Origin: Octopus vulgaris
Lineage: Eukaryota
Length of the DNA: 64,000 nucleotides
Direction of reading: 5' to 3'
NCBI GenBank assembly: GCA_951406725.2
Contig: OX597829.1
Coordinates: 23,746,001 to 23,810,000, forward strand
Shown here in pieces: positions 1 through 12,232 of this stretch; positions within the stretch are counted from its first letter, which is position 1; each line of letters opens with the position of its first letter. A model generated the notes under the pieces. It saw nothing but the letters and a program-made list of their open reading frames with translations. It did not search any database and had not been told where the DNA came from. Position numbers and translations under genes: made by a program.

Positions 1-395
1 ATATCGAGCCCGTCTGGCTATTAGCGCGCGTCTACGATGAGTCTACGATTTAAAAAATAATTTAACATCATTTTTTATTCCATTTTAATGCATAATTTTT
101 CGTGTGTCGATGGCGGCGGAGTTGGCGTCCACGCTCACAGCTGCACCTGTTTGCTTCTCCCCCTTCTTCCCTCCCTCGTGAAGCTGTGGGGAAGGGAGTG
201 TAAGGAAATCAACGTCGTAATGCGTTGTCAAGGAGACCAGCGTTCTTTTAGAACAACGACTTCATGGCTTGAAGACACCAAAAGAGAAATGGCTAAGAAA
301 GCCCGAATTGGCATCTATAAGAGAAGTAACTCTCTAAAAATGCTTATATAGTTATTTCCCTTACAAACCCGAGCAACGCCGGGCGATACTGCTAG
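1..395 (+). mobile_element. Non-autonomous Helitron, family 1 (5' part outside window)
   Basis: Ends CCCGagcaacgcCGGG hairpin + cgatactg + CTAG (392-395) followed by T; closely matches the inverted full copy at 4058-4571. Confidence 0.8.
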
Positions 396-399
396 TATA

Positions 400-630
400 T
401 ATATAAAGTTAATCCAAACATGAAAACACAGAGAGAAGACACCAGAACGTGAGGACGTGGAACAAGTATAGTATTATTGGACGCTCAAGAAAGAAGGAAA
501 GAAGGAAAGAAGGAGGGTTTAACGTTTCGAGCGGAGCTCTTCGTCGGAAACATAGGAAAAGGAAAAATCCAAAGGAGGGAAGACGGAGGGAAGACGGAGG
601 GAAAAAAATCGCCAACGGTACACACGCGGT
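400..630 (-). mobile_element. Short hammerhead-bearing repeat (Penelope pLTR-like, family H2)
   Basis: Homologous to 4627-4797, 19465-19655, 40375-40550, 2980-3130; contains hammerhead motif at 517-551. Confidence 0.65.
517..551 (-). ncRNA. Minimal type I hammerhead ribozyme motif (U4C variant)
   Basis: Minus strand GTTT-CCGACGA-A-GAGC tcc GCTC-GAAA-CGTT-AAAC; stems I and II pair, stem III is the ACGT palindrome. Confidence 0.55.
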
Positions 631-631
631 C

Positions 632-830
632 TTCGTTTTGAGATTTGGTTTGCAAGATTCTTTATATGAGTTCATGTGTTGAAGCATATTCAGTTGTGTC
701 TGGGGAGAGTCATCTTCTTTTTGTGCCTTATAATGTAACAGACTCACCGGTAAAATTTCCACTTATTTCTTATTTTCATTTTCCTAAAATTTTCGTTGTG
801 TCTTGCAACCTTTTCAATAGTCTTGACTCT
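632..830. repeat. Unclassified interspersed repeat
   Basis: Segment gatttggtttgcaagattctttatatgagttc recurs inverted at about 19350-19415 and 38160-38250. Confidence 0.5.
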
Positions 831-847
831 GTCCGTTATGTGTGGGT

Positions 848-889
<42 letters not shown>

Positions 890-1693
890 CTATACATGCA
901 TGTACGTATGTATGTATGTGTGTGTTTGCATGTGTATGTATGTATGTATATATGTGTGTGTATGCATATGTATGTGTGTGTGTGCATCTGTATGTACGTA
1001 TCCTGCATATTTATGTGCTTGCCTGTCCGTGTTTGTGTATTTTCTATGTATGTGTGTGTGAGCATGTGTTTGTATATGTATGCACCTCTGTCTCCTTGTG
1101 TGTGCATGTGTGTGTGTGTGTGTGTGTGTTATGCAACTAAGTACCATGTTTGTATGTATGGACGTGCATCTTTATATGTGTGGCTCCATGTCTCCATATG
1201 TGTCTATTCTTGTAACCTATGTACCTATCCGTCTGTATGTTGATCTGTTTATTTTCATATCTATATGCTTACATACAGAAAAAAAGAAAAGAAAAAAGGT
1301 GCACACACACACACTCACACCCACACACATACATTTATCTACCTAACAGTCTACTAACTATTCTACTCTACTTGTGTAAACTGTGGGTATGGAGGTATTT
1401 GCATTTGGACAATAAATACCAATAAAGTTATATTAAATACTATACAAAGATACTTAAAAGTAGATGTCACTATACACACACACACACACGTGTGTGTGTG
1501 TATATGTATGTATATTTAGGCAAATAAAAAATAAAAACCAAAACAGTAAAAACAGGGGAAAAAAAGCGAAAGTCAAAAAGGTGTAACGTTTCGAGCATGG
1601 CCCTTTGGCAGAAAGAGGAAGGAGGAAATAGTCCAGAGAGAAGGAAAAGAATAGTCAGTGGATTTTGTAGACGGAAACGGAAAGAAGCCCGTC

Positions 1694-1761
<68 letters not shown>

Positions 1762-1762
<1 letters not shown>

Positions 1763-2272
1763 CCGGTCAACGAGAAGAGCGAGATGGAAAAAGTTTGTGA
1801 AGACTTCTACACCAAGCTCTTTAAGTCTACCAGAAATGTCCAGCCGTTACCACCACTCCAACAGGAAGAAAACGTGCCACCTATCCTTGTCAGTGAGGTT
1901 GAAAGAGCCATCGGCTCGATGAAAAACGGAAAGGCTCCAGGGAAAGACGGTATAACATCGGAGGTGCTAAAGTCAGGCAGAGACCAGCTCTGGAAAATCC
2001 TCGCTGAGTATTTACGCACTATCTAGACGAGGGAAGAATCCCCTCGCAGTGGAAAGAGTCAAATACCATCCTGCTGTATAAGAAGGGCGACAGAGAAGAT
2101 CTAAAGAACTACTGACCCATATGCCTGCTGTCTCACGTATACAAGCTGTTCACGAAGATAATTCTGAACAGGTTGTCACGTCGTCTCGACGAACAACAAC
2201 CGAGGGAGCAAGCAGGCTTCCGGAAGAACTACAGCACAATGGACCATATATTTGCTCTAACGCAACTGAGGA
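1762..2272 (+). pseudogene. RTE-clade LINE fragment, reverse transcriptase N-terminal part, with stops
   Basis: Translates EVERAIGSMKNGKAPGKDGI...[37 protein letters not shown]...[16 protein letters not shown]. Confidence 0.9.
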
Positions 2273-2275
2273 GTA

Positions 2276-2669
2276 CATTTGAATGTGGCTAGGGACAGGG
2301 CAGGGCGGTGGGGGTGTTACTGATAATGTTATGGAGCAGTTACTGTCTATATCTCGTTTAGAGAATTATTATTGCTGTCGAACAGATTTTCGAAATCAGT
2401 AAATGTATTTACGTGAAAATCTATATATAAATATCCTGCACAGGAAGTTGTTCGTCGAGGAGCGGTGCCTGCCATACGTTGATGATAGGCAAATACCTTG
2501 AAACCTGGGTCCGTATGTGGCATCCGCTTCTTCGGGGAATGATCTCCCTTTGCAGGATAGAGGACACCGTGATGGTGTCAGCCTATCTGGTGACGTTGAT
2601 GATCGCCTGGGGCTAAATGCATCAGTAACACCCCCACCGCCCTGCTCTGTCCCTAGCCACATTCAAATG
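2276..2669. mobile_element. Element bounded by 49-bp inverted repeats (MITE-like)
   Basis: 2276-2324 is the reverse complement of 2621-2669 with one mismatch. Confidence 0.6.
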
Positions 2670-2685
2670 GCTAATGTCCTTTATG

Positions 2686-2720
<35 letters not shown>

Positions 2721-3014
2721 TTTGTTATTTGTGTCTGTATTTGTCCCTCCACCATCGCTTGACAACCGACGTTCGTGTGTTTACATCCCCGTCACTTGGC
2801 GGTTTCGCAACAAGGAACCGGTAGAATAACTACTAGGCTTACAGAGAATAAGTCCTGGGGTCGATTTGTTCGACTAAAGGCGGTGTTCCAGCATGGCTGC
2901 AGTCAAATGACTGAAGCAAGTAAAAGAATATATATGTATATATATATATATATGTCTGTATGTGTGTGTGTGTAACTAAGATTTTCTTTTCTTATGGACT
3001 TTCCTCTATCTCCT

Positions 3015-3049
3015 GTTTCTGAAGAAGGGCTTTATTCGAAACGTAAAAC
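3015..3049 (+). ncRNA. Minimal hammerhead motif, family H2, core intact, stem II weakened
   Basis: GTTT-CTGAAGA-A-GGGC ttt ATTC-GAAA-CGTA-AAAC. Confidence 0.5.
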
Positions 3050-3140
3050 ATCCTTTCTTTCCTTCCCTGAGCGTCTTTTAATACTTTGCATGTATCACGT
3101 CATCGCGTTGTTTTTTTCTTCTTGTGTTTTTATGTATGTA

Positions 3141-3177
<37 letters not shown>

Positions 3178-3705
3178 GTATGTGTGTAGAGAAAGCGAGA
3201 TGAGGAAGAGACAGGCAGACAGAAATATAAAAAGAAAGAGACCTGTGTGTGTGTGTGCGTGTGTGTGTGTGCACGTGCACCAGTGAATGTGTGTGTGCGT
3301 GGGCGTACGTGTGTATGTGTGTTTTCCCATTGTCGGTCCTTGAAGTGTTCTCAAGAGATTCAACCGTCACTTACGAGAAGTGCTATATTTAGTTCTTCCG
3401 AGTGTTTCTGTTAAGGTGCTTATAACCCTTACCAAACACGCTCGCACGCGCGCACACACTCACACACAAATGCACACACACATGCACACACACATGCACA
3501 CACACACACACACACAAATTTGCAACTGTTACACGCTCAAAAATGCTTGTGGTGCGCGCACACATGCACATATGTGTGTATGTGTATATATAAACTTACT
3601 TGGAAATGGATGTAAGGCGTTCAATCATATGATAATATAAATAAAAGAAAAATATATATGAATATATATACACACATATTGTACATACGTACATATATAT
3701 ATATG

Positions 3706-3752
<47 letters not shown>

Positions 3753-4057
3753 ATATATATATATATATATTTTTGTGTGTGTGTGTGTATATATATATAT
3801 GCATATATGGGTACAGGACGTTACAAAACTAAACAACATGAAAACGAAAACAACATGAGATACGAAGACAAACTTTGGTATACGAACAACGAGAGAAACA
3901 AATGGAAAACAAGACAAGTAACATAAAAACACGACCCATCATCAGTTATCGGCTATCTATCTACTCCTCATTTCGAGCAGTCATCGACAATATGAGGCTT
4001 CGAAAAGGCAGTTGCTCCCACGAACCAAAACAAAATTGCATATATTTATATATCATA

Positions 4058-4571
4058 CTAGCAGTATCGCCCGGCGTTGCTCGGGTTTTGTAAGGGAAAT
4101 AACTATATAAGCATTTTTAGAGAGTTACTTCCCTTATAGATGCCAATTCGGGCTTTCTTAGCCATTTCTGTTTTGGTGTCTTCAAGCCATGAAGTCGTTG
4201 TTCTAAAAGAACGCTGGTCTCCTTGACAACGCTTTACGACGTTGATTTCCTTACACTCCCTTCCCCACAGCTTCACGAGGGAGGGAAGAAGGGGGAGAAG
4301 CAAACAGGTGCAGGTGTGACCATGGACGCCAACTCCGCCGCCATCGACACACGAAAAATTATGCATTAAAATGGAATAAAAAATGACGTTAAATTATTTT
4401 TAAAATCGTAGACTCATCGTAGACGCGCGCTAATACTCAGACGGGCTCGATATGAATCACGACTATAAGATACCCGAATTTGGTTAAACTGCACCGCAAA
4501 ATGTGGGAGTAGTTAGGAATCTAAATCGAAGGGGTCAGACACTCACACAACTACAGTTTTATATATATAGA
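4058..4571 (-). mobile_element. Full-length non-autonomous Helitron, family 1 (514 bp)
   Basis: Minus strand starts TCTATATATATAAAA, ends CCCG..CGGG hairpin and CTAG, inserted between A and T with no TSD. Confidence 0.85.
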
Positions 4572-4576
4572 TATTA

Positions 4577-4626
<50 letters not shown>

Positions 4627-4659
4627 ATCTTCCCTTCTCTGGATCTTTCCTTCTCCTAT

Positions 4660-4694
4660 GTTTCCGACGACGAGCTCCGCTCGAAACGTTAAAC
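4660..4694 (+). ncRNA. Minimal hammerhead motif, family H2 (within repeat 4627-4797)
   Basis: GTTT-CCGACGA-C-GAGC tcc GCTC-GAAA-CGTT-AAAC. Confidence 0.55.
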
Positions 4695-4791
4695 CCTCCT
4701 TCTTTCCTTCTTTCCTGAGCGTCCAATAATACTATATTTGTTCCACGTCCTCGCGTTGTTGTTTTTTTTGTGTGCTTTCTTGTTTGGATTA

Positions 4792-4860
<69 letters not shown>

Positions 4861-5807
4861 GTACATATATGTACATATATGTATGTATATAAGTATATAT
4901 ATATTTAATGTATATTATTATGTGTGTATATATATATATATATATATGTATACGTATATACATATATGTATATATATATTTGTATGTGTATATATATATG
5001 TGTATGTGTGTGTGTGTGCGCGCGCGCGCGTGTTTGTATAACATGCTGTATAAACAGGCCGCATGCACATACCTATACGCGACACGTGCACTCGGTTGGC
5101 ATACACACATACACACGCACAAGCACGTGCGCTCGTGTGCAGTATTTGTGTCGCGCGCGACATACATGCTGTGCACACGCCTACTCTACATCACAACAGG
5201 TACATGCGTACGCACAACATGCCACAAACAAACTACAGCAGACACACGCACACACACGCGCACACGCGCGCTAAATACGTCTCAAAAATAGTCATGCACG
5301 CCTACAAACCCTGCACGTAGCATATGCGCGGCGTCCCACACACACTCTCTCTCCGCCGCTCCCTCTCCCTCTCTCTCTTTCTCTCTCTCTCCACCCCTCT
5401 CTCTAACATGCACGCTTTCCGTTGTTTCAGTAGCGCTTTCTCTCTTCTCTGCCTGTCAGTCCATCCGTCCGTCCGTCCGTCCGTCCGTCCGTCCGTCCGT
5501 CCGTCCGTCCGTCCAACCGTTCAACCGTCTCTCTCTCTCTCTCTCTCTCTCTACCCGTATATTCACTACATACTTATGCATCATGTATTCAACTAGGAAC
5601 ACTGAACGGGTAAAAATACCCCACCACACACACACACACACACACACACACGAACGCGCGCGTATACACACACGCATACACATTATCAATACGAGAGCAC
5701 ACACTCAGTCGATATCGATTGGTTAATTATATTCTATCTATACACTATTAAAACATGGAAAGCTTAGATCAGATTTCAAACTTAGAATCGATTTTAATAT
5801 ATGTAAG

Positions 5808-5929
5808 GTGGTGGAGGTGGTGGTGGTGGGTGGTATTATTATTATTATTATTATTATTATTAGTAGTAGTAGTAGTAGTAGTTGTAGTAGTGGTGGTGGT
5901 GGTGGTGGTGGTGGTGGTGGTGGTGGGTG

Positions 5930-5962
<33 letters not shown>

Positions 5963-6145
5963 GTAGTAGTAGTAGTAGTAGTGGTGGTGCTGCTGGTGGT
6001 GGTGGTGGTGGCGGCGCCGGCGAAGGGGGTGGTGATTATAGTAGTGGTTGTGGTGGTAGGGTGATGGTGGTGGTAGTGGTGGTGTTGGTAGTGGTGGTGT
6101 TGGTAGTAGTGGTGGTGGTGGTGATGGTGGTGGCATGTCGGTGAT
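5808..6145. repeat. Compound trinucleotide microsatellite (GGT/ATT/AGT)
   Basis: Direct reading. Confidence 0.95.
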
Positions 6146-6309
6146 GGTGTTTATACTTTTCAGAGTAGTCTCAAGACACGTGAGCGGGTGGTGGGGGTGA
6201 GAAATGATATTGATCCATTTCTCAAGTACGAGAAATCATTTCAACGCAAAAAAAAAAAAAAAAGAACAAAGGCGGGAATTCGTTTAGCCCAAATTGCCAC
6301 CGCTGTCTT

Positions 6310-6378
6310 GAAGAAGAAGAAGAAGAAGAAGAAGAAGAAGAAGAAGAAGAAGAAGAAGAAGAAGAAGAAGAAGAAGAA
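6310..6378. repeat. (AAG)n microsatellite
   Basis: Direct reading. Confidence 0.95.
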
Positions 6379-8890
6379 CTTACAACTGCTGGTGCTGCTG
6401 CTGATACCGCCAACTCCACCGGCACCACCACCACCTCCACAACCACCAATGACACCACCACAGCTGCCGCCGCCGCCGCCACCATCACTAGGGTCTACCA
6501 GCGGCCACCCTCTTAACCCAGGACAGCACTATCTCCTCCAAGCACTTGAAGTAGGCCTCCCGTGTTGAGTGTGAGGCCGTGGTGGGAAGATGAATGGAGG
6601 TATAACGTCAGCTTCCTGGGATTCTGTGGCGTAAATATCCTGCCCTACATCCCGGACAGGATACCAATCCGTTACAGGAACACTCATTTTGTCCAGCTGA
6701 GTGAAATGAAGTGTTTTTGCTCAAGAACACAACGCGTCGCCCGGTCCAGGAATCGAAACCACAATCTTACGATCATGAGCGCAACACTCTAATCGATGAG
6801 CTTCTCACCGCCATTGTTAGATAATCTAGTCTTACATATTTACAAAATGACGGGCTGATTGTGGCTGGAATATTCTAGTTCATAGATTTGTCTGATCAAA
6901 GTTGACCTGTGACTGAACATCTGCAATAACAACCCAATCTTCATAAATCTCTGTAACACTGTTTAGGTCATCATTGTATACCAAAATATTGGCATGCCAT
7001 TATTCTTAGGATACTGTGGTCCCCCACCAAAAAATAAAAAAAAAATACACACACACACACACACACACACACAAAGTAATAGTAATAATAGCTACAACAA
7101 AAATTTCCATGGAGTGCGGCAAAAGTTGGAAAGACTCTGGTGATAGACCAAATGAACCCACACGATACATAATGAGCTGCTTAAAGCCGTCAAAGCTCTG
7201 GAGTTAAGGTAGTAAGGTTGTGCCAAGAATGATCTTATCGCATCTAATACGAGAATAAAAGATACCCTCGTTGCGCGCTTAAGCGTCTTACATTCTAGTA
7301 TTTGAAAGCATAACTGAAGAAAAGCTTGTTTCAAAATAAATGATAGTAACAATATATAGAATTTAAAGCAACAACATTGAAATGTATGGTGACGATAAAA
7401 ACCATGTTACTAACGAATCACTGGAGGTGCCTCTACATTGCATTGTCCGAATATTATTTTAAAGCGCATCTTTACCAACATAAGCATTCTTTTATAAACC
7501 GGGAGAAGAAATTCACATATCGCACATAACATTAAATTCTACAATGTTGTGCATATTATCTCAACTGGAACGCCTTTGAAACAAGTCTATTCGACAAGAG
7601 CTTTAGTTAAATAACGACTTGTCACCAACGAACCTGTGAGAGAAATTAACGTTATTTCCTTTCAACTGGTTCCTTTGGTACCTTTATATAGGAACCATTC
7701 AACTAAGTGACAAAACTTCACTGTAATCGCCTGATTTCTTTCATTTATTAGCCCTCAACATCTACGACTGTTTTCAAAGCAACAACATACGTTTTAATTT
7801 GTCATGTAACAGGTAGCCATGTTGTGAATGTTGTTGAAATATGTGTTCAGTGTGGAGCTGATCACAAGTATTCAGTGATAACCATCTAAATAAGAATGAT
7901 GTACAAGATTACCAGAATTCTCTCCATAGTCTATGAATGCGTAGTTAATTAAACACTGATTTTATTGCAGCGCGTATTACAATAATGGTAAGCATTCAGT
8001 ATGACCAATAACTGTCGCAACGTTTTGAAATTATTGCCAAAATTTCTCTGTAGCTACGAGCAGAGTCTGGGTCCTAAATACTTACTTCGCATGAATTATC
8101 CTAAAAACATATTCTGTTTTATGAGCAGAAACAACATTTACCATTAAATAAAATAAAATAAAAAAGTTAAGGAAGAAATTGATTAAATGCCATAGATCAA
8201 GATGGCGTTTTTATTTTGTCGAAGCTGATCGATAATACCGTAACGTATGTTGTTTCTCTCCCCGTTTTCTTTTTGTTTCATAAATATTGTATCTTCCATT
8301 ATCAATAACAAACAGTATGAAAACACAAAAGAAAATGTTAATGGTGAAAACTAACCTAATTCCTAGTGGCAACTACACTAATATTAGGAGGGGGAATATA
8401 TCTCACAGTGAGTCAAATAATGAAAATTATTCAACTAAAGTACAAAAAGAAGCCACTGGTATACTGAATACATAAAACTGCTCCCAAATTCTGCCGCAAG
8501 GCTAACTCAGTTTATCAGTAACTCTGATAATAGTTTGGGTCACCAAGTGCTCAAGGAGCTTTTGACAAGAAGTCTGCAGATATCAAAAGGTAAAAACAAA
8601 AGTAAATAACAAAATCGGTCTGAATTGGGATGGAGTGTTGTTACTGTTGTTATAGTTGCTGTTGGTGTTCTATTTATATTGTTCTATTATCAAAATGTAA
8701 ACGCATCTTGTCAACGTCTAGACACGGAGTCTATATGCTAATAATCACCAAAAGTAGGAGCCATATGTTTAGCGAAGGAACATTATATTGCTGACGTCTC
8801 AAGGTTCCATATTTAATCTCTTACCTCTTACATTATAGAATATTGTGCCTCTTTAACACACACACACTAACACACACACACAAACACACA

Positions 8891-8941
<51 letters not shown>

Positions 8942-9104
8942 CCTTTAAGTTCGTTTTCGGGAAACGATTTGGATATACCTGTACAAGCTCCTATTTTATT
9001 ATGCCGGCTACAGCCTAAGGGTATCAACTGGCGATACCAGTTTTTTGGGGTCGCAACGAGCTGTGCCGATATAATGTAGGATAAATATAATAATAATAAT
9101 AATA

Positions 9105-9335
9105 AAATATTCACACAAATACATAACAAAAACACCAGGACTTACAAACACGTATAACATACAGAAAATTGCACTACTAGGCACTGCACACATCCTACGC
9201 AGAACACTTTCAATACAGTAACCATAAGAGCATCACAACAAATCACAGCACATACCCAAGGCACACAGAGCTGCGCTCGGTAGTGAAGTGAAAGCACGTT
9301 ATAAAAATAAAACTACTGAATGATAATAACAATAA
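9105..9335 (+). mobile_element. 3' end of R4/Dong-type (RLE) LINE with 3' UTR and AAT tail
   Basis: KYSHKYITKTPGLTNTYNIQKIALLGTAHILRRTLSIQ* (stop 9219-9221); homologous to 61275-61430. Confidence 0.8.
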
Positions 9336-9336
9336 T

Positions 9337-10372
9337 CTGGGAAGAGGTAAGGGAAAACTAAGTCACTTGCTATTTGTGGACAACCTGAAGCTATTCACAC
9401 AAACTGAAGCAGAACTGGACAGCCTAGTCGAGTCTGTGCGGATTTTCTCCAATAATATTAAAATGGATTTCGGACTCTTAAAATATGCTACGATGGTGAT
9501 GAGACGAGGAAAGCTTGCCAAGACAGAAGGCTTAGGGTTGCTAAGTGGTGAAATGATGAAGGCAATTCAACCTCAATCCAGCTATAAATGCCTGGGAATA
9601 CTTGAGGCAGATGGAATAAAACACCACGTCATGAAGGAAAAGACAAAAAAAGAGATTACCTGCGGCGAGTGAGAAAAATATTGGCTTGAAAGGTGAATGT
9701 AAGAAACATAATTTCGGCGATAAACTCACGCGCAGTCGCAGTAGTTCGGTTTGACGCTGGAATGCTGAAGAGGACAGAGAAGGAGCTAAAGGAGATGGAC
9801 AGGTAGTCAAGAAAGCTCCTGACGATGCATGGAGCTCATTATCCACGTGCAGACACTGATCGACAATACATGAAGAGAGCAAATGGAGGAAAGGGACTGA
9901 TAATTGTGGAAGATTGCATGCGTATCGAACTCGAGAGTTTAATGGGATACCTAGTCCAAAGTAAGGAAACCTAGCTTATGACAGTTAGGAATGAGGGAGT
10001 ACTGAGAGCAGAGAAAAAAGGGGAAAACAAAGGAAGAAGTACAAAAAGGACATGAAGAAGAATTACGCAAGAAGGGAGTACACAATCAATTCCATATAGC
10101 CACAGAAGGATTGGCTGATGAAAGGAAACCTAAAAAAAGAGATTGAGAGCACTATACTGGTTGCGCAGGACCAAGCTCTGGCCACAAACTGGAGGGTCAA
10201 TCTGAGGAATGAGCAAATGTCTCTGCTGTGCCGCTTCTGCAATAAAGTGGATGAAACCATTGCCCATATCACGAACGAATGCCTTAGACTTTCCCAAAAC
10301 CACTACAAGTTGTGGCGACACGGCCAGGTAGCGAAAGTGCTACATTGGAAACTGTGCGAAAAGTGGGGGCTA
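9337..10372 (+). pseudogene. R4/Dong-type LINE fragment (RT C-terminal half + CCHC knuckle), frameshifted
   Basis: SHLLFVDNLKLF, MDFGLLKYA, YKCLGILE, AQDQALATN, CRFCNKVDETIAHITNEC, RHGQVAKVLHWKLC. Confidence 0.85.
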
Positions 10373-10540
10373 GAGAGATTTTTCGATGTTGTTGTTGTTG
10401 TTATTGTTGTTATTCAGGTCACTGCTTGGAATCGAACTCGGAATCTTGGGATTAGTAACTCGCGCTCTTAACCACTACGCCATATACCCACGTGCATATG
10501 GTGTAGTGGTTAAGATTCCGAGTTCAATTCCAGGCAATGA

Positions 10541-10622
<82 letters not shown>

Positions 10623-11128
10623 TGATTGGAAGTGTTATCATGTACATTGGTTTGTCTTGCTATAAAAGATGGGCTACAGCAAATATTCTGCTCAATACCA
10701 CAGATTTGCTTGTCAGTTGTTTGACCTTAACCAGTTGAGCATGTCCCTTAGTGGCTGACGATATGTGCATCGCTGATCACGAGCAGAAGTAGTGGGGGAG
10801 CATAATAGCCATGTGTTGAGAAGGATTCTTTGGGGTTTGAATAATTCACCTCTGGAAACATGGGTGGTTCTTTCAACATCCTTAAACAACCCTTATTCAG
10901 GGACCTTTTGAGCGGGATGGGCTACTCAACCTGAAGAAAATTCTAACTGGGCCCCACCTGCAAGGTCATGTGCTGTTTATCTTGATATGAGATCACCATG
11001 TCGCGCACATATGGTTGTGATGCATGTGCCTGGTGTACCTTTATCAGACGGGTAGTCATGATGGGTATATTGGGCTTCGTATATTTTACCCCAGTGTCAC
11101 TTTGATGGCATGCACTGCTCTCTCACTC
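10623..11128 (+). mobile_element. Repeat family C (about 550 bp, AAT-tailed, non-coding)
   Basis: Close homologs at 26958-27577, 60790-61250 and 61788-62263; each abuts an (AAT)n tract. Confidence 0.8.
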
Positions 11129-11215
11129 AATAATAATAATAATAATACTACTAATAATAATAATAACATCGAAAAATACCTTAGGAATGAGAACCCAGGT
11201 TCGGAATTTCCCCAA

Positions 11216-11261
11216 GACACCTGATGAAGGCTGGAGTGTATATCAGCCGAAACATTGTGTT
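11216..11261 (+). ncRNA. Minimal type I hammerhead ribozyme motif, family H1
   Basis: GACAC-CTGATGA-A-GGCTG gagtgtatat CAGCC-GAAA-CATT-GTGTT; stem I GACAC/GTGTT, stem II 5 bp. Confidence 0.7.
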
Positions 11262-11609
11262 AACGACAAAGATGAGGACAAATATCCGTCAAATGTAAAT
11301 AATGTACATAAGTCCTCATCTCTTAAATATAGAACTAAATATATATATAAACTTTTAATATTAAAAATGCATTTAATTCATTAACTATCCACGAAAACAT
11401 TGTTTAAATACCCACTAAGCTTCGCTGTGAAACACTACTGGATAGACCAATTTACATATTCAACATATTCCTGGCACCTGGAATAATCTTGAAATATGCA
11501 TGTACACCCATTATCTATTTTACTACCTTCGATCGCATTATTTACAAAGACGTATTCGGATACGAAACGTCGTAACTTTCTGTGCTGGCTCTAATTTCTA
11601 TGGAAACTC

Positions 11610-11850
11610 TGTAGAGATAGACTTAAAAGTGATTGTGTGTTAGTGCTTGTGTTTGTCCTCCACCACTGCTTGGTAACCGATGTTGGTGTGTTTACGTTCC
11701 CATAATCAAGCGGTTCGGCAAAAGAGAATGATAGGATAACTACCAGGCTTTAAAAAAGTCCTGGGTCGATTTGTCCGACTAAAACCCCTTCAAGGCGTTG
11801 CTCCAGCATGGCCGTAGTCAAATGACTGAGACAAGTAAAAGATAAAAGAG
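11610..11850 (+). mobile_element. SINE family B, 3' part
   Basis: Shared tail gctccagcatggcc..gtcaaatgactga.acaagtaaaag. Confidence 0.75.
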
Positions 11851-11879
11851 TAACACACACACACACACTCACAAATATT

Positions 11880-12181
11880 CATCACCGTGACCGACCAAGC
11901 AATCAGATGTTGCTACACATCGCTGGTCACAATGCGCTTCGCATTGTTTTAGCCTTCGAATAACACCACCCCGCTGGCTAAGCGAGCAGGCCAACAGAAG
12001 AAAGAGTGCGAGAAAGTTGTGGCGAAAGAGTACAGCAGGGATCGCCGCCACCCACTGCCGGAGCCTCGTGGAGCTTTAATTGTTTTTTGCTCAATAATCA
12101 CTCACAACGCCCGGTCTAGGAATCGAAACCGCGATCCTACGACCGCTAATCCGCTGCCCTAACCACTGGGCCATTGCGCCT

Positions 12182-12185
<4 letters not shown>
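11880..12185 (-). mobile_element. tRNA-derived SINE (family E variant)
   Basis: Head GGAGGCGCAATGGCCCAGTGGTTAGGGCAGCGG...GGTTTCGATTCC (A and B boxes). Confidence 0.8.

Positions 12186-12232
<47 letters not shown>

Larger units (their letters stand above)
1655..2930 (+). mobile_element. SINE family B copy split at its internal (TA)n by nested insertions
   Basis: Middle segment gtggattttgtagacggaaac...cccgtcg at 1655-1695; 3' half resumes at about 2720-2930. Confidence 0.7.
10378..11335 (+). mobile_element. tRNA-headed hammerhead element (family H1): inverted head, then forward copy interrupted by family C
   Basis: A box TGGCGTAGTGG and B box GAGTTCGATTCC on minus head 10417-10489; forward head from 10494; (AAT)n; tail with hammerhead at 11216-11261. 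Confidence 0.7.

Noticed and set aside
88-351. 87-aa ORF repeated at 4103-4366
   Set aside because: Lies inside a non-autonomous Helitron; duplication explains the conservation; no recognisable domain
3810-4035. pLTR-like repeat with CTGATGA and GAAA on minus strand
   Set aside because: Motifs are in the wrong order or spacing for a type I hammerhead in this copy
5755-6568. Poly-V/G/K/P ORFs
   Set aside because: Trinucleotide repeats without splice or domain evidence
10417-10489. Possible tRNA gene (also SINE E heads)
   Set aside because: A/B boxes present but acceptor and T stems do not close; attached to repeat bodies
10755-10790. CTGACGA in family C as a hammerhead core
   Set aside because: No stem II followed by GAAA
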